Part shown: piece by piece, positions 1 to 14,969 of the stretch
Layout: each line of letters starts with the position of its first letter
Position numbering within the stretch: position 1 is the first letter of the stretch
Source of the DNA: Candidatus Polarisedimenticolia bacterium
Lineage (GTDB): Bacteria; Acidobacteriota; Polarisedimenticolia; Gp22-AA2
NCBI GenBank assembly: GCA_050747445.1
Contig: JBOGOE010000373.1
Span: forward strand, 1 to 17,562
DNA length: 17,562 nt
Reading direction: 5' to 3'
Made by a program: the position numbers and the translations under genes
The notes under the pieces: generated by a model
The model's database searches: none
Told to the model about the DNA's origin: nothing
What the model saw: the letters and a program-made list of their open reading frames with translations, nothing else

Positions 1-43
1 GCCAGGAGGAGCGCGACGCCCACGGCCCGCCCCGCTCCGAGGA

Positions 44-3025
44 TCACGGCCCGCGGTGGATCGACTCGAGCCGGGAGCGGACCTCCGGCTGGTCGGGCTT
101 GAGGTTGAGCGAGCGTTCGAACGCCGCGATCGCCTGATCTTTGCGGCCGACCCGCAACCAGGCTTCGGCCAGGAGGGCGTGCAGGTCGGGATCACGGGGC
201 ACCTCTCCGGTCGCGGCTCCGAGAAGCTCGACGGCCTCCTGACCCCGGCCCCGCTGCAGCAGGGATCGGGCGAGGGTGGCATAGGCCGGTCCGTAACGAC
301 GATCGATCTCGATGACCCGCCGCAGCTCCGCCTCCCCCGGCGACCAGGAGCCCTGCCGGATCAGGGCGAGGCCGAGGTTGTGCCGGGCGTCGGTGTACTG
401 CGGGTCGATGGTGACCGCGGTTCGATAGGCGGCCACCTCGTCCTGATGCCGGCCGAGACGGCCGTGCACCGCGCCGAGATTGTTGTGCGCGGGGGCGTGC
501 GACGGGTCGATGGCCACCGCCCGCTCCAGCTCGCGACGCGCTTCCTCCAGGCGCCCGGCGGCGTACAGGAGACCGCCGTAGTTGGTTCGGACCGTGACAT
601 TGCGCGGGTCCCGCTCCAGCGCCTTGCGGTACTGCTCCTCGGCGGCGGCCGCGTCCCCCGTCTGCTCGTAGACCAGCGCGAGATTGCTGTAGGAGCCGGA
701 GAACTCGGGGTCGCGCCGGATGGCGTCCTCGAAGGTGACGGCCGCCTCCCGCAGCCGCCCCTGCTTCTTGAAGATGAGACCGATGTTGTTGAGCGCTTCG
801 GCGTAGTCGGGATCCACTTCGAGGACCCTGCGGAACTCCCGGAGCGCCTCCTCGGTCCGGTTGAGCCGGTCGTACAGAATGCCGAGACTGTTGCGCGCGT
901 CGGTGAAGGCGGGCTCGTATCCGAGCGCCCGCGTGAAGTGCTCCTCGGCCTCCCGCATCCTCCCCTGCTCCATGGCGATGTTGCCGAGGAGGTTCTCGGC
1001 GTCCTTGGAGCGCGGCTCGCGGCTCAGGTAGGCCTCGACCATCGCGGCCGCCTCGTCGTATTCCTTCCTCTTGAAGCGGGCCCGGGCGATGTTGAGTCGG
1101 GCGATCCCCAGGTCCTCCGAGGCCCGGATGGCCTCCTCGAACTCGGCGATCGCCTCGTCGTACTTCTCCTCCGCCAGAAGCGCGAGCCCCCGGTTGTTGT
1201 GTGAATTCGGCGTGTCCTGCTTCAGGTAGCCGAGGGAGGCGAGCTTCTCCTTGAGCTCGCGCTCCCCCGCCTCGTCGCGGGGCGATGCGCCCGGCGGCTC
1301 CGCGATCACCGGCGGGATGGCATGGCTCGGAACGTAGGTGATCGGGTGGCGCGCCAGGAACGCGGGGGTGAACGCCTCGACCACCGGGCGGCCGTCCATG
1401 TCCTCTCCGACCGGAAGTCCGAACAGGGCCAGGATGGTCGGCGTGATGTCCAGGACCGAGGCCTCCGCCAGCTCGTGGCCCCGGCGGAAGGGGGGGCCGT
1501 GGAACACGACCACGCCGTACTTGCGGTGCCAGTCGGCCGCCTGACCGTAGCCGATGCGCGGATCGGTCAGCGGCCGGTTCTCGCCGGTCCTGAAGCCGTG
1601 ATCCGAGCAGAGGATGACCGCGGTCCCCTCTCCGGCCTGCTCGAGCAGGCGCCCCACGAGCTCGTCGGCGTGCCGGTAGTACTCGTCCACCGCGCGGCCG
1701 AACCGCTGAATCTGCTCGCGCTCCACGCCCGGGAGCGGCGGCGGAGCGTAACGCATGAACAGGTGGGCCACCGTGTCGGTGCTCTCCACGTAGACCGCCA
1801 TGAAATCGGGCCGGTGGCGCTCCTCGAGCGCCAGGGCGATCCGGACGTAGGTGTCCCCCGCCGCGACCGCCGTCTTCAGATCGTCGATCAGCTTGCTCTC
1901 CTCGGCCGGCAGGGACGCCGGATCCGCCGGCAGCCGGACGTAGCGTGACACGTCCTTGATGCCGACGGTCTCGGGGGCGATCGTGAGGGACTGCACCAGC
2001 GGGTCGAGGTCAGGAGGATGGACCTTGCCATCCCGCACCTGGTCGCGCGCCGGGTGGGCGCCGAACAGCTGATAGGCGACCCGATCGGAGACGATGAAGC
2101 CGTCCACCCGCTCCGCCGGATAGGTGGCCCACCATCCGACGACGCCGACCGAAACGCCCCGGTCGCTGAGGATGTTCCAGATCGCGGGGGTCTTGCGCAG
2201 GGTCGAGGTCACGGGCACCCGGTCCCCCTGCGGACCGGCGGTCGCCAGGAAATCGATGATCCCGTGGCGCCCCGGCAGGACCCCGGTGGCGATGCTGGTC
2301 CAGATGACCGGGGACAGCATCGGCGTGATGCTGCGCAGCCGGCCGCGGACCCCCTCCCGCGCCAGACGGCCGATGTGCGGCAGCTTCCCCGCGGCGATCA
2401 GGGGATCGAGGAGGTTCCAGTCGGCGCCGTCCAGACCGAGGACCAGGACGCGGGTCCCCGGGGTCCGCGCCGCGGCGGGCGCTCCCGATCCGGGGGTCGA
2501 ACGGATGTTGACCGCGCTGACGTCGCACGACAGCAGCACGAGTCCCGCTCCCCGGAACCGCTCGGTGAGCCGCCCCCCGAGGGTCTGCCGCAGCTCCTCG
2601 ATGCGCGCCCCCGACACCTCGCTGTAGGAGGCTTGCGCGAGGGTGGCGCGCAACTCGTCGCCGACCCAGCGGGGCAGCAGATCGCGCTCCAGACCCGGGC
2701 CGGGACCTCCGTGCACCTCCAGGAGGCGGTCCGGATCGACGCGCCACAGGAGCGTTCCGCGGGCGACGACCTCGATCCCCTCGCGCGAGACCAAGCGGCT
2801 CCCGTCGCCGGCGCCCACCTCGAACGGAAAGGCGGCCGGGGCCGCGGGATAGAGCGACAGCCGCAGCAGCCCGGGCGGCACCAGGTGCCAGCCGGGGGCG
2901 ACGGCCCGGGGCGCGAGGATCCGGAGGGGGGAATCGAGAACGGCCAGCTCGCCGCCGGGCGCCAGGTGCCGCAACCCGGTCAGGAGCCAGACGGCAAAGA
3001 GGAGGAGCGCGATGCCGATCGGCAC
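44..3025 (-). CDS. Membrane-anchored alkaline-phosphatase-superfamily (type I phosphodiesterase/nucleotide pyrophosphatase-like) protein with C-terminal TPR repeat array
   Basis: 993-aa ORF with a GTG start at 3025 and a TGA stop at 44-46. The N-terminus has a hydrophobic anchor (MPIGIALLLFAVWLLTGL). The central region has motifs typical of the Phosphodiest/AlkP fold: LVLGLDGADW...ITPMLSPVIWTSIATGVLPGRHGIIDF and ...ILCSDHGF. The C-terminal ~400 aa are tandem TPR-like repeats with recurring A..Y..A....G....EA motifs. No clear SD is seen upstream of the start. Confidence 0.75.
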   Translation of the reverse strand: MPIGIALLLFAVWLLTGLRHLAPGGELAVLDSPLRILAPRAVAPGWHLVPPGLLRLSLYPAAPAAFPFEVGAGDGSRLVSREGIEVVARGTLLWRVDPDRLLEVHGGPGPGLERDLLPRWVGDELRATLAQASYSEVSGARIEELRQTLGGRLTERFRGAGLVLLSCDVSAVNIRSTPGSGAPAAARTPGTRVLVLGLDGADWNLLDPLIAAGKLPHIGRLAREGVRGRLRSITPMLSPVIWTSIATGVLPGRHGIIDFLATAGPQGDRVPVTSTLRKTPAIWNILSDRGVSVGVVGWWATYPAERVDGFIVSDRVAYQLFGAHPARDQVRDGKVHPPDLDPLVQSLTIAPETVGIKDVSRYVRLPADPASLPAEESKLIDDLKTAVAAGDTYVRIALALEERHRPDFMAVYVESTDTVAHLFMRYAPPPLPGVEREQIQRFGRAVDEYYRHADELVGRLLEQAGEGTAVILCSDHGFRTGENRPLTDPRIGYGQAADWHRKYGVVVFHGPPFRRGHELAEASVLDITPTILALFGLPVGEDMDGRPVVEAFTPAFLARHPITYVPSHAIPPVIAEPPGASPRDEAGERELKEKLASLGYLKQDTPNSHNNRGLALLAEEKYDEAIAEFEEAIRASEDLGIARLNIARARFKRKEYDEAAAMVEAYLSREPRSKDAENLLGNIAMEQGRMREAEEHFTRALGYEPAFTDARNSLGILYDRLNRTEEALREFRRVLEVDPDYAEALNNIGLIFKKQGRLREAAVTFEDAIRRDPEFSGSYSNLALVYEQTGDAAAAEEQYRKALERDPRNVTVRTNYGGLLYAAGRLEEARRELERAVAIDPSHAPAHNNLGAVHGRLGRHQDEVAAYRTAVTIDPQYTDARHNLGLALIRQGSWSPGEAELRRVIEIDRRYGPAYATLARSLLQRGRGQEAVELLGAATGEVPRDPDLHALLAEAWLRVGRKDQAIAAFERSLNLKPDQPEVRSRLESIHRGP

Positions 3026-3075
3026 CCGGCGCTTCAGGAGAGCGTCGACGTCCGTGACGCGACGCGTCGCCGGGC

Positions 3076-9106
<6,031 letters not shown>

Positions 9107-9108
9107 GC

Positions 9109-10653
9109 TCACTCCCACTCGATGGTGGCGGGCGGCTTGCTCGTGAGGTCGTAGACGACCCGGTTGATGCCGCGGACCTCGTTGACGATGCGGGTGCTGA
9201 CCTTCGCCAGGAACTCCGGCGGCAGACGCGTCCAGTCGGCGGTCATGAAGTCGTCGGTGGTCACCGCCCGGAGGGCGGCGACGTGCTCGTAGGTGCGGTA
9301 ATCCCCCATGACGCCGACCGTCTTCACCGGCAGCAGCACGGCAAACGCTTGGGAGGTCGCGGCGTACAGACCCGCCTCCCGGAGCTCGGTCAGGAAGATA
9401 TCGTCCACCGCCCGCAGCAGGTCGAGCCGTTCCGGTGTCACCTCGCCCAGGATCCGCACCGCCAGACCGGGACCCGGGAACGGGTGGCGCATGACCAGGG
9501 CGTCGTCCAGCCCCAGCTCCCGCCCCAGCCGCCGCACCTCGTCCTTGAACAGCTCCCGCAGCGGCTCGACCAGTCGCAGCCGCATCGCCTCCGGCAGCCC
9601 GCCCACGTTGTGATGCGTCTTGATCGTCGCCGACGGCCCCTTGAAGGAGGTCGACTCGATCAGATCGGGATAAAGGGTCCCCTGGGCGAGGAACTCGACC
9701 GGTCCCAGGCGGCGCGCCTCCTCTTCGAACACCTCGATGAAGACGCGGCCGATGATCCGGCGTTTCTCCTCCGGGTCGGTGACCCCGGCGAGCGCCCCGA
9801 CAAAGCGCGTGGCGGCCTCGATGCGACGGACCGGCAGCCGGAGGCGATCCGCGAAGGCGGCGACCACGAGATCGGCCTCGCCCCGCCGCAACAGCCCGTT
9901 GTCCACGAACAGGCAATGCAGCCGATCGCCGATCGCCCGGTGGACCAGGAGCGCGGCCACCGCCGAGTCGACACCGCCCGACAGACCGGCCACCACCCGG
10001 CCGTCGCCGACGGCGCGGCGGATCGCCGCCACCGACTCCTCGGCGAACGACGTCATGCGCCAATCCCCCGAGCAGCCGCACACGCCGTACAGGAAGTTCT
10101 TCAGGAGGTCCCGACCCCGCTCGGTGTGGGCCACCTCCGGGTGGAACTGGATGGCGTACAGGCGCTTCGACTCGTCGGCCATGGCCGCGCAGGCGGTGCT
10201 CGCGGTGCGCGCCAGCACGCGGAAGCCGGCGGGCGGCTCCAGGATGGAGTCGCCGTGGCTCATCCAGACCTGCTGCCGATCCGGCAGATCCCGGAACAAC
10301 AGACCCCGGTCGAGGACCTGCAGCACGGCGGGACCGTACTCCCGCACCCGGGTCCGCTCGACGCGGCCCCGCAGCTGGTGGGCCATGATCTGCATGCCAT
10401 AGCAGATCCCCAGGACCGGCACCCCCGCCGCGTACAGGGCCGGGTCGGGACGCGGGGCGCCCGGCGCATCGACCGAATCGGGTCCGCCCGACAGGATCAG
10501 ACCGCGCGGGGCGTGCGAGCGGATGACGTCGGGGGGCGCGTCGTACGGGAGCAACAGGCTGCGGACGCCCAGCTCCCGGACGCGCCGGGCGATCAGCTGG
10601 CTGTACTGCGAGCCGAAGTCGAGGACCAGCACGGTCTCGTGGCGGCCGCTCAC
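9109..10653 (-). CDS. guaA: GMP synthase (glutamine-hydrolysing)
   Basis: The GATase domain reads [23 protein letters not shown]...GICYGMQ. The ATP-pyrophosphatase domain has the P-loop SGGVDSAV, and the C-terminal dimerisation domain ends ...PPATIEWE. The GTG start at 10653 has GGGAGG 6 nt upstream and overlaps the holA stop as GTGA. The stop is TGA at 9109-9111. The product is 514 aa. The upstream extension in the track is rejected. Confidence 0.9.
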   Translation of the reverse strand: MSGRHETVLVLDFGSQYSQLIARRVRELGVRSLLLPYDAPPDVIRSHAPRGLILSGGPDSVDAPGAPRPDPALYAAGVPVLGICYGMQIMAHQLRGRVERTRVREYGPAVLQVLDRGLLFRDLPDRQQVWMSHGDSILEPPAGFRVLARTASTACAAMADESKRLYAIQFHPEVAHTERGRDLLKNFLYGVCGCSGDWRMTSFAEESVAAIRRAVGDGRVVAGLSGGVDSAVAALLVHRAIGDRLHCLFVDNGLLRRGEADLVVAAFADRLRLPVRRIEAATRFVGALAGVTDPEEKRRIIGRVFIEVFEEEARRLGPVEFLAQGTLYPDLIESTSFKGPSATIKTHHNVGGLPEAMRLRLVEPLRELFKDEVRRLGRELGLDDALVMRHPFPGPGLAVRILGEVTPERLDLLRAVDDIFLTELREAGLYAATSQAFAVLLPVKTVGVMGDYRTYEHVAALRAVTTDDFMTADWTRLPPEFLAKVSTRIVNEVRGINRVVYDLTSKPPATIEWE

Positions 10654-11678
10654 GCCGCCCTCCCGGCGCGTCGCGCCACGCGGTGGATCAACCGTTCGAA
10701 GGCATGCGCCGGGTCGCGCGACCCCAGCCCCTTGAGCTCGCCGTCCATCTGCAGGCAGAGACGCAACGCCTCCCGCAGAACCGCGGCGCTGGCGGTCCCC
10801 GCCTCGGCCCGGAAGCGGGCCATCCGACCCGGATCCATCCCGTAGAGGACGGTCGTCTCGCGCGGCGGAAGTCGCCGCCCCGACGCCGCGAGGGCCCGGA
10901 GGAGGTTGCGGAAGTACCACGCGAAGGCCCCGAGCAGCCGCAGCGGCTCCTCCCCCTCGCGCAGCAGGGCGCGCACCGCCGCGACCGCCTCGCCACGCTC
11001 GCCGCGGACGATCTGCGCCGCCACCCGGAAGGCGTCCTCCACCCGCGGCACCTCCGCCAGGATCCCGAGATCGGCCACGGTCACCCCACGCGGCGTCCCG
11101 ATGGCGCTCATCAGCTTGGACAGCTCGGCATCGATGCGGGCCAGCCCGGCGCCGCCCAGGGAGACGGCGACCGCCTCCGCCAGCTCCGGGGGCATGCCGT
11201 ACCCCGAACGCTGCAGCCGGGCCCGCACCCACGCGGCGGGCGCCCCCCCTTCGAGAGGGCCGCAGTCGACGCGTGTCGCCCCCCCCAGGAGCGTCCGGTA
11301 GAGGATGCGCCGCCGGTCGAACTCCGGGTCGGAGAACACCAGGCAGGTGCGCGGGTTCGGGCGGGCCAGATAGGCCGCGAGCGGCGCCGGGTCCTGGAGC
11401 CGCAGACCGTTGGCGCCGCGCACCAGCACCAGACGCCTCCCACCCCCCATCGGGTAGGTGTCGGCGCGTTCCAGGACGACGGCCAGATCGACTTCGTCGC
11501 CGCGCAGCAGATCGCGGTTCATGCCACCCGACCCGGCGGCGCCGAAGACGGCGGTCTCGAGCAGACGGACCCCTTCGTCGTGGAAGAACGGCTCCGCCCC
11601 TTCGAGCAGATAGACCGGCCCGGGCTCGCCGCGCCGCAGCGACTCCTCGAAGCGCGCGAAGCTCAGGGCCGCGGGCAT
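10650..11678 (-). CDS. holA: DNA polymerase III delta subunit
   Basis: 342 aa. The N-terminus ([25 protein letters not shown]) resembles E. coli HolA (AAYLLLGNDPLLLQESQDAVRQVA). Its position after lptE matches the conserved leuS-lptE-holA order. The ATG at 11678 has GGAGGGG about 12 nt upstream. Confidence 0.8.
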   Translation of the reverse strand: MPAALSFARFEESLRRGEPGPVYLLEGAEPFFHDEGVRLLETAVFGAAGSGGMNRDLLRGDEVDLAVVLERADTYPMGGGRRLVLVRGANGLRLQDPAPLAAYLARPNPRTCLVFSDPEFDRRRILYRTLLGGATRVDCGPLEGGAPAAWVRARLQRSGYGMPPELAEAVAVSLGGAGLARIDAELSKLMSAIGTPRGVTVADLGILAEVPRVEDAFRVAAQIVRGERGEAVAAVRALLREGEEPLRLLGAFAWYFRNLLRALAASGRRLPPRETTVLYGMDPGRMARFRAEAGTASAAVLREALRLCLQMDGELKGLGSRDPAHAFERLIHRVARRAGRAA

Positions 11679-11682
11679 CGGC

Positions 11683-12252
11683 TCAGAACCCCTCCAGGAT
11701 GGAGGTGACCACGCTCCGGGCGAAATCGGTGGCGATATCGTCGATCGCCACGATTTCCTGGTCCACGAACGCCTGCGGATCCGCCGGGATGTCGTACTGC
11801 CTCTTGAACAGGAAGTGGTCGTCCTCCCAGAGCACCCGATCGGTCGCGGTCTCGCTCAGGACGACGCGCGCGGTGATGCGGATCTCGTACCGCGTCGCGC
11901 GTCCCAGCTCGCTGATCACGACCGGGGTCACGATATAGCTCTGGATCTCCCCCTGCAGGACGGCGTCCGCCCCGTCTTCGCCCGGGGCGATGCGCACCCG
12001 CCCCCGGGTGGTGAATTCGTCGATCAGGTGCTCGGTGACCCGTTGCTCCAGCTCCGGCCGGCTGGTGCGGTTCTGGAAGGTCGGGATGCCGACCGTCCGG
12101 ATTGCCGGAGGCAGGGTGTTCGAATGACCGGCGAGATGGTAGCCGCAGCCGGCCGGGGCGGCCGCCAGGACGGCGGCCGCGATCAGCAGCCCCGCGCGGG
12201 CGCGCGCGACGTGGCGCGCGGCGGCGCTCCGGTGCGGGGCGGGCAGGCACAT
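11683..12252 (-). CDS. lptE: LPS-assembly lipoprotein LptE
   Basis: 189 aa. It has a signal peptide and lipobox (LAAAPAGCGYHLAG; compare E. coli LptE ...AGCGWHLRD), followed by an LptE-like beta-rich body. It sits between leuS and holA, as in E. coli. The ATG is at 12250-12252. Only the C-terminal 189 aa of the 606-aa track ORF are used; the rest is out-of-frame overlap with leuS. Confidence 0.75.
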   Translation of the reverse strand: MCLPAPHRSAAARHVARARAGLLIAAAVLAAAPAGCGYHLAGHSNTLPPAIRTVGIPTFQNRTSRPELEQRVTEHLIDEFTTRGRVRIAPGEDGADAVLQGEIQSYIVTPVVISELGRATRYEIRITARVVLSETATDRVLWEDDHFLFKRQYDIPADPQAFVDQEIVAIDDIATDFARSVVTSILEGF

Positions 12253-12290
12253 TGGTAGATTATACAAGGAGCCCGTCCGGGGCTTCGTCG

Positions 12291-14789
12291 TCAGACGACC
12301 AGATTCAGCAGCCGGCCCGGCACGTAGATCGTCTTGCGGAGCGTCCGTCCCTCGAGCCACGGCGCCACCTGCCCGTCGGCCCGGGCGCGCCGCAGCACCT
12401 CCTCCTCGGGCGCTCCGGCCGGGACCCTGAGGTGGCCGCGCACCCGGCCGTTGACCTGCACCACGACCTCGATCTCGTCCTCCCTGAGGAACCGGGGGTC
12501 GGGCTCCGGCCAGGGCCGCCCCGACGCCAGCCCCTCGCCGCCGAGAAGCGACCAGAGCTCCTCCGAAACGTGCGGGGCGAACGGCTGCAGGAGGAGCGCC
12601 ATCGTCATGCCGGCCTCGCGCAGGCAGGGCTCGTCGTCCGGGCCGGCGTCCCGCTCGAACTCCTGCACCTCGTTGAGCAGCTCCATCAGGGCCGCGACCG
12701 GGGTGTTGAGATGCAGGCGCTGCTCCACGTCCACGGTGATCCGCGCGATCGTCTGGTGCACCTTGCGCCGGAGCCGCGCGTGCCGCGGGTCGTCGAGCCC
12801 CGCCCCGGGCCCCGGCAGGGGGACGGCGCGGAGTCGATCCGATCGGAGGGCGAACGCGCGCCACAGCCGCTCGAGGAAGCGGAAGCACCCCTCGACCCCC
12901 TGCTCGTTCCACTCCAGATCCTTCTCCGGTGGCGCCGCGAACAGGGTGAACAACCGCGTGGTGTCGGCGCCATAGCGACGCACCATGTCGTCGGGATCGA
13001 CGATGTTCCCCTTCGACTTCGACATCGCCGTCCCCCCCTTCAGCACCATCCCCTGGCAGAGCAGGTTCTCGACCGGCTCGCCGCAACCGACCAGCCCCAG
13101 GTCCCGCAGCACCTTGAAGAAGAAGCGGCAGTAGATCAGGTGCATGGTCGCGTGGGTGATGCCACCGATGTAGAGATCGATCGGCATCCAGTCGCGCGCC
13201 ACCGCGGCGTCGAACGGCCGCGCCCCGTTCGCCGGATCGAGATAGCGGAGGAAGTACCAGGAGGAGTCGACGAAGGTGTCCATGGTGTCGGTCTCCCGCC
13301 GCGCCGGTGAGGCGCAGCGCGGGCACCGGGTTTCGACGAACCCCGGGACCCGCGCCAGCGGCGAGCCCCCCTCCCCCGTCAGCGGCACCTCGTCGGGGAG
13401 ACGCACCGGCAGATCCCGATCCGGGACCCCGACCGTCCCGCAGGCGTCGCAGTAGACCACCGGGATCGGCGTCCCCCAGTACCGCTGTCGCGAGATCCCC
13501 CAATCGAGGAGCCGGTACCGCACGACCCCCGACGCGAATCCTTCCTTCCCGCCGTCCCGCAGCAGCGCCTCCCGCGCGCGCGCCGATTCGAGACCGGAGT
13601 ACGACCCGGAATCAGCCAGCACCCCGTCCCCGGTCATGGCGGCCGCGGGCGTCCCGGCCGGGGCGTCCTCCCCGGGCCGGAGGACCACGGTGCGGATTGG
13701 AAGGCCGGTGGCGCGGGCGAACTCGAAGTCGCGCTCGTCGTGCGCGGGCACCGCCATGACGGCGCCGGTGCCGTACTCCATCAGGACGAAATTGGCGGTG
13801 TACACCGGGAGGGCCCGGCGGGTGTACGGATTGAGGACCCGCAGCCCCGTGTCGACCCCCTCCTTCGCGGCCGGCGGCTCGTCCGGCCGCGCCGGCTCGC
13901 GGCGCGCCATCCGCTCGAGGAAGCTCCGGAGCGCGGCGCCGATCGCGCCCACCGGCCGGTGCTCCCGCAGGACGGGGTGCCCGGGAGCGACGACGCAGAA
14001 GGTCGCTCCGAAGATGGTGTCGAGCCGGGTGGTGAAGATCTCGAGGTTCCTCCCCGAGGGGTGACCCGCCCCGTCGAGGATCGGGAAGGCCACGTTCGCG
14101 CCCGCGCTGCGGCCGATCCAGTGACGCTGCATCGCCCGGACCCGCTCGGGCCAGCCGGTCAGCCGGTCGAGTTCGGCGTCGAGCTCCTCCGCGTAGGCGG
14201 TAATCCGCAGGAACCACTGGTCCAGCTCGCGATGACCGACCACCGATTCGCAGCGCCAGCAACGGCCGGCCTCCACCTGCTCGTTGGCCAGGACGGTGCG
14301 GCAGGAGTCGCACCAGTTGACCCGTCGGCGGCTCCGGTAGGCGAGATCGCGCTCCAGCATCCTGAGGAAGAACCACTGGTTCCAGCGGTAATACCCGGGA
14401 CGGTGCGCGGCGATCTCGCGCTCCCAATCGTAGGAAAAGCCGAGCCGGCGGAGCTGTTCCCGCATGACCGCGATGTTGTCCTCGGTCCAGCGGGCCGGCG
14501 CGACCCCCCGCTTGATGGCGGCATTTTCCGCCGGCAGGCCGAACGAGTCCCACCCCATCGGATGCAGCACCCGCCGGCCGCGCATCCGGTGGAAGCGGGC
14601 CGCCGCGTCGCCGATGGCGTAATTGCGGACGTGCCCCATGTGCAGCCGTCCGGAAGGGTACGGCAGCATCTCCAGGCAGTAGAAACCCGGGGATCCGGGA
14701 AGCCGGGGGGCGGCGAAGGAGCGCTCCTCGCGCCAGCGCTCCTGCCAGCGGCCTTCCAGGGCCTCGAACCGGTCCCGGTAGTCTTCCAT
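12291..14789 (-). CDS. leuS: Leucine--tRNA ligase
   Basis: 832 aa. The class I aaRS HIGH motif appears as PYPSGRLHMGHVRNY and the KMSKS motif as GTAMSKSKGN, with a LeuS-type editing/insertion domain. The ATG at 14787-14789 has GGGAGGGG 11 nt upstream. The stop is TGA at 12291-12293. Confidence 0.95.
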   Translation of the reverse strand: MEDYRDRFEALEGRWQERWREERSFAAPRLPGSPGFYCLEMLPYPSGRLHMGHVRNYAIGDAAARFHRMRGRRVLHPMGWDSFGLPAENAAIKRGVAPARWTEDNIAVMREQLRRLGFSYDWEREIAAHRPGYYRWNQWFFLRMLERDLAYRSRRRVNWCDSCRTVLANEQVEAGRCWRCESVVGHRELDQWFLRITAYAEELDAELDRLTGWPERVRAMQRHWIGRSAGANVAFPILDGAGHPSGRNLEIFTTRLDTIFGATFCVVAPGHPVLREHRPVGAIGAALRSFLERMARREPARPDEPPAAKEGVDTGLRVLNPYTRRALPVYTANFVLMEYGTGAVMAVPAHDERDFEFARATGLPIRTVVLRPGEDAPAGTPAAAMTGDGVLADSGSYSGLESARAREALLRDGGKEGFASGVVRYRLLDWGISRQRYWGTPIPVVYCDACGTVGVPDRDLPVRLPDEVPLTGEGGSPLARVPGFVETRCPRCASPARRETDTMDTFVDSSWYFLRYLDPANGARPFDAAVARDWMPIDLYIGGITHATMHLIYCRFFFKVLRDLGLVGCGEPVENLLCQGMVLKGGTAMSKSKGNIVDPDDMVRRYGADTTRLFTLFAAPPEKDLEWNEQGVEGCFRFLERLWRAFALRSDRLRAVPLPGPGAGLDDPRHARLRRKVHQTIARITVDVEQRLHLNTPVAALMELLNEVQEFERDAGPDDEPCLREAGMTMALLLQPFAPHVSEELWSLLGGEGLASGRPWPEPDPRFLREDEIEVVVQVNGRVRGHLRVPAGAPEEEVLRRARADGQVAPWLEGRTLRKTIYVPGRLLNLVV

Positions 14790-14827
14790 CGGGCGTGCAT
14801 CCCCTCCCGCGGCGGCGCGGGGCGGTC

Positions 14828-14836
14828 ATTCTAGCA
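14828..14836 (-). promoter_or_regulatory. Candidate extended -10 element (TGcTAGAAT) for leuS operon
   Basis: On the minus strand, TGCTAGAAT lies about 40 nt upstream of the leuS ATG, in the 180-nt divergent intergenic region. No convincing -35 is present at 16-18 nt spacing. Confidence 0.3.
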
Positions 14837-14903
14837 GCGGGAGGAGCGCCGGGGAGGGCCCATTGCAACTCTGTAACCGGCAAAGTGACGGTGCCGCGCG
14901 CAC

Positions 14904-14931
14904 TTGCGGTGTCGCCGCCGGAACCTATATT
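14904..14931 (+). promoter_or_regulatory. Candidate promoter for the nucleotidyltransferase/PqqD/rSAM cassette (TTGCGG-16nt-TATATT)
   Basis: TTGCGG (14904-14909) is followed by 16 nt and then TATATT (14926-14931), an AT-rich hexamer that stands out in ~75% GC DNA. It lies about 38 nt upstream of the ATG at 14970. Confidence 0.3.
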
Positions 14932-14969
14932 CCGCTCCACCCGCCGATCGGTGGGGTAGGAGCGTCGCG

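Noticed and set aside
56-1204. 382-aa plus-strand ORF and other plus-strand ORFs (1322..1948, 2018..3259) antisense to the TPR/phosphatase gene
   Set aside because: These are low-complexity antisense translations with no domains and no SDs. The minus-strand gene has clear AlkP and TPR homology.
9109-11232. 707-aa extended guaA ORF, and 1482-aa extended dnaE ORF (to 10081)
   Set aside because: These are N-terminal low-complexity extensions that overlap the upstream genes out of frame. The conserved protein N-termini start at the internal GTGs, which carry GGGAG(G) SD sequences.
11683-13503. 606-aa ORF spanning lptE and the 3' third of leuS
   Set aside because: The first ~417 aa are an Arg/Gly/Ala-rich out-of-frame overlap with leuS. 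The lipoprotein signal peptide and lipobox begin at the internal ATG at 12252, which gives a canonical 189-aa LptE.
14795-14959. 54-codon GTG-initiated plus-strand ORF in the leuS/cassette intergenic region as a possible precursor peptide
   Set aside because: It has no SD. It overlaps the leuS start and promoter region antisense. It has a single Cys and no Gly/Cys/Ser-rich core, and it runs into the nucleotidyltransferase RBS. It is most likely a chance ORF.
14790-14969. T-box or attenuator leader for leuS
   Set aside because: The leuS 5' region is only ~40 nt from the candidate -10 to the ATG, with no specifier-loop or terminator/antiterminator structure.
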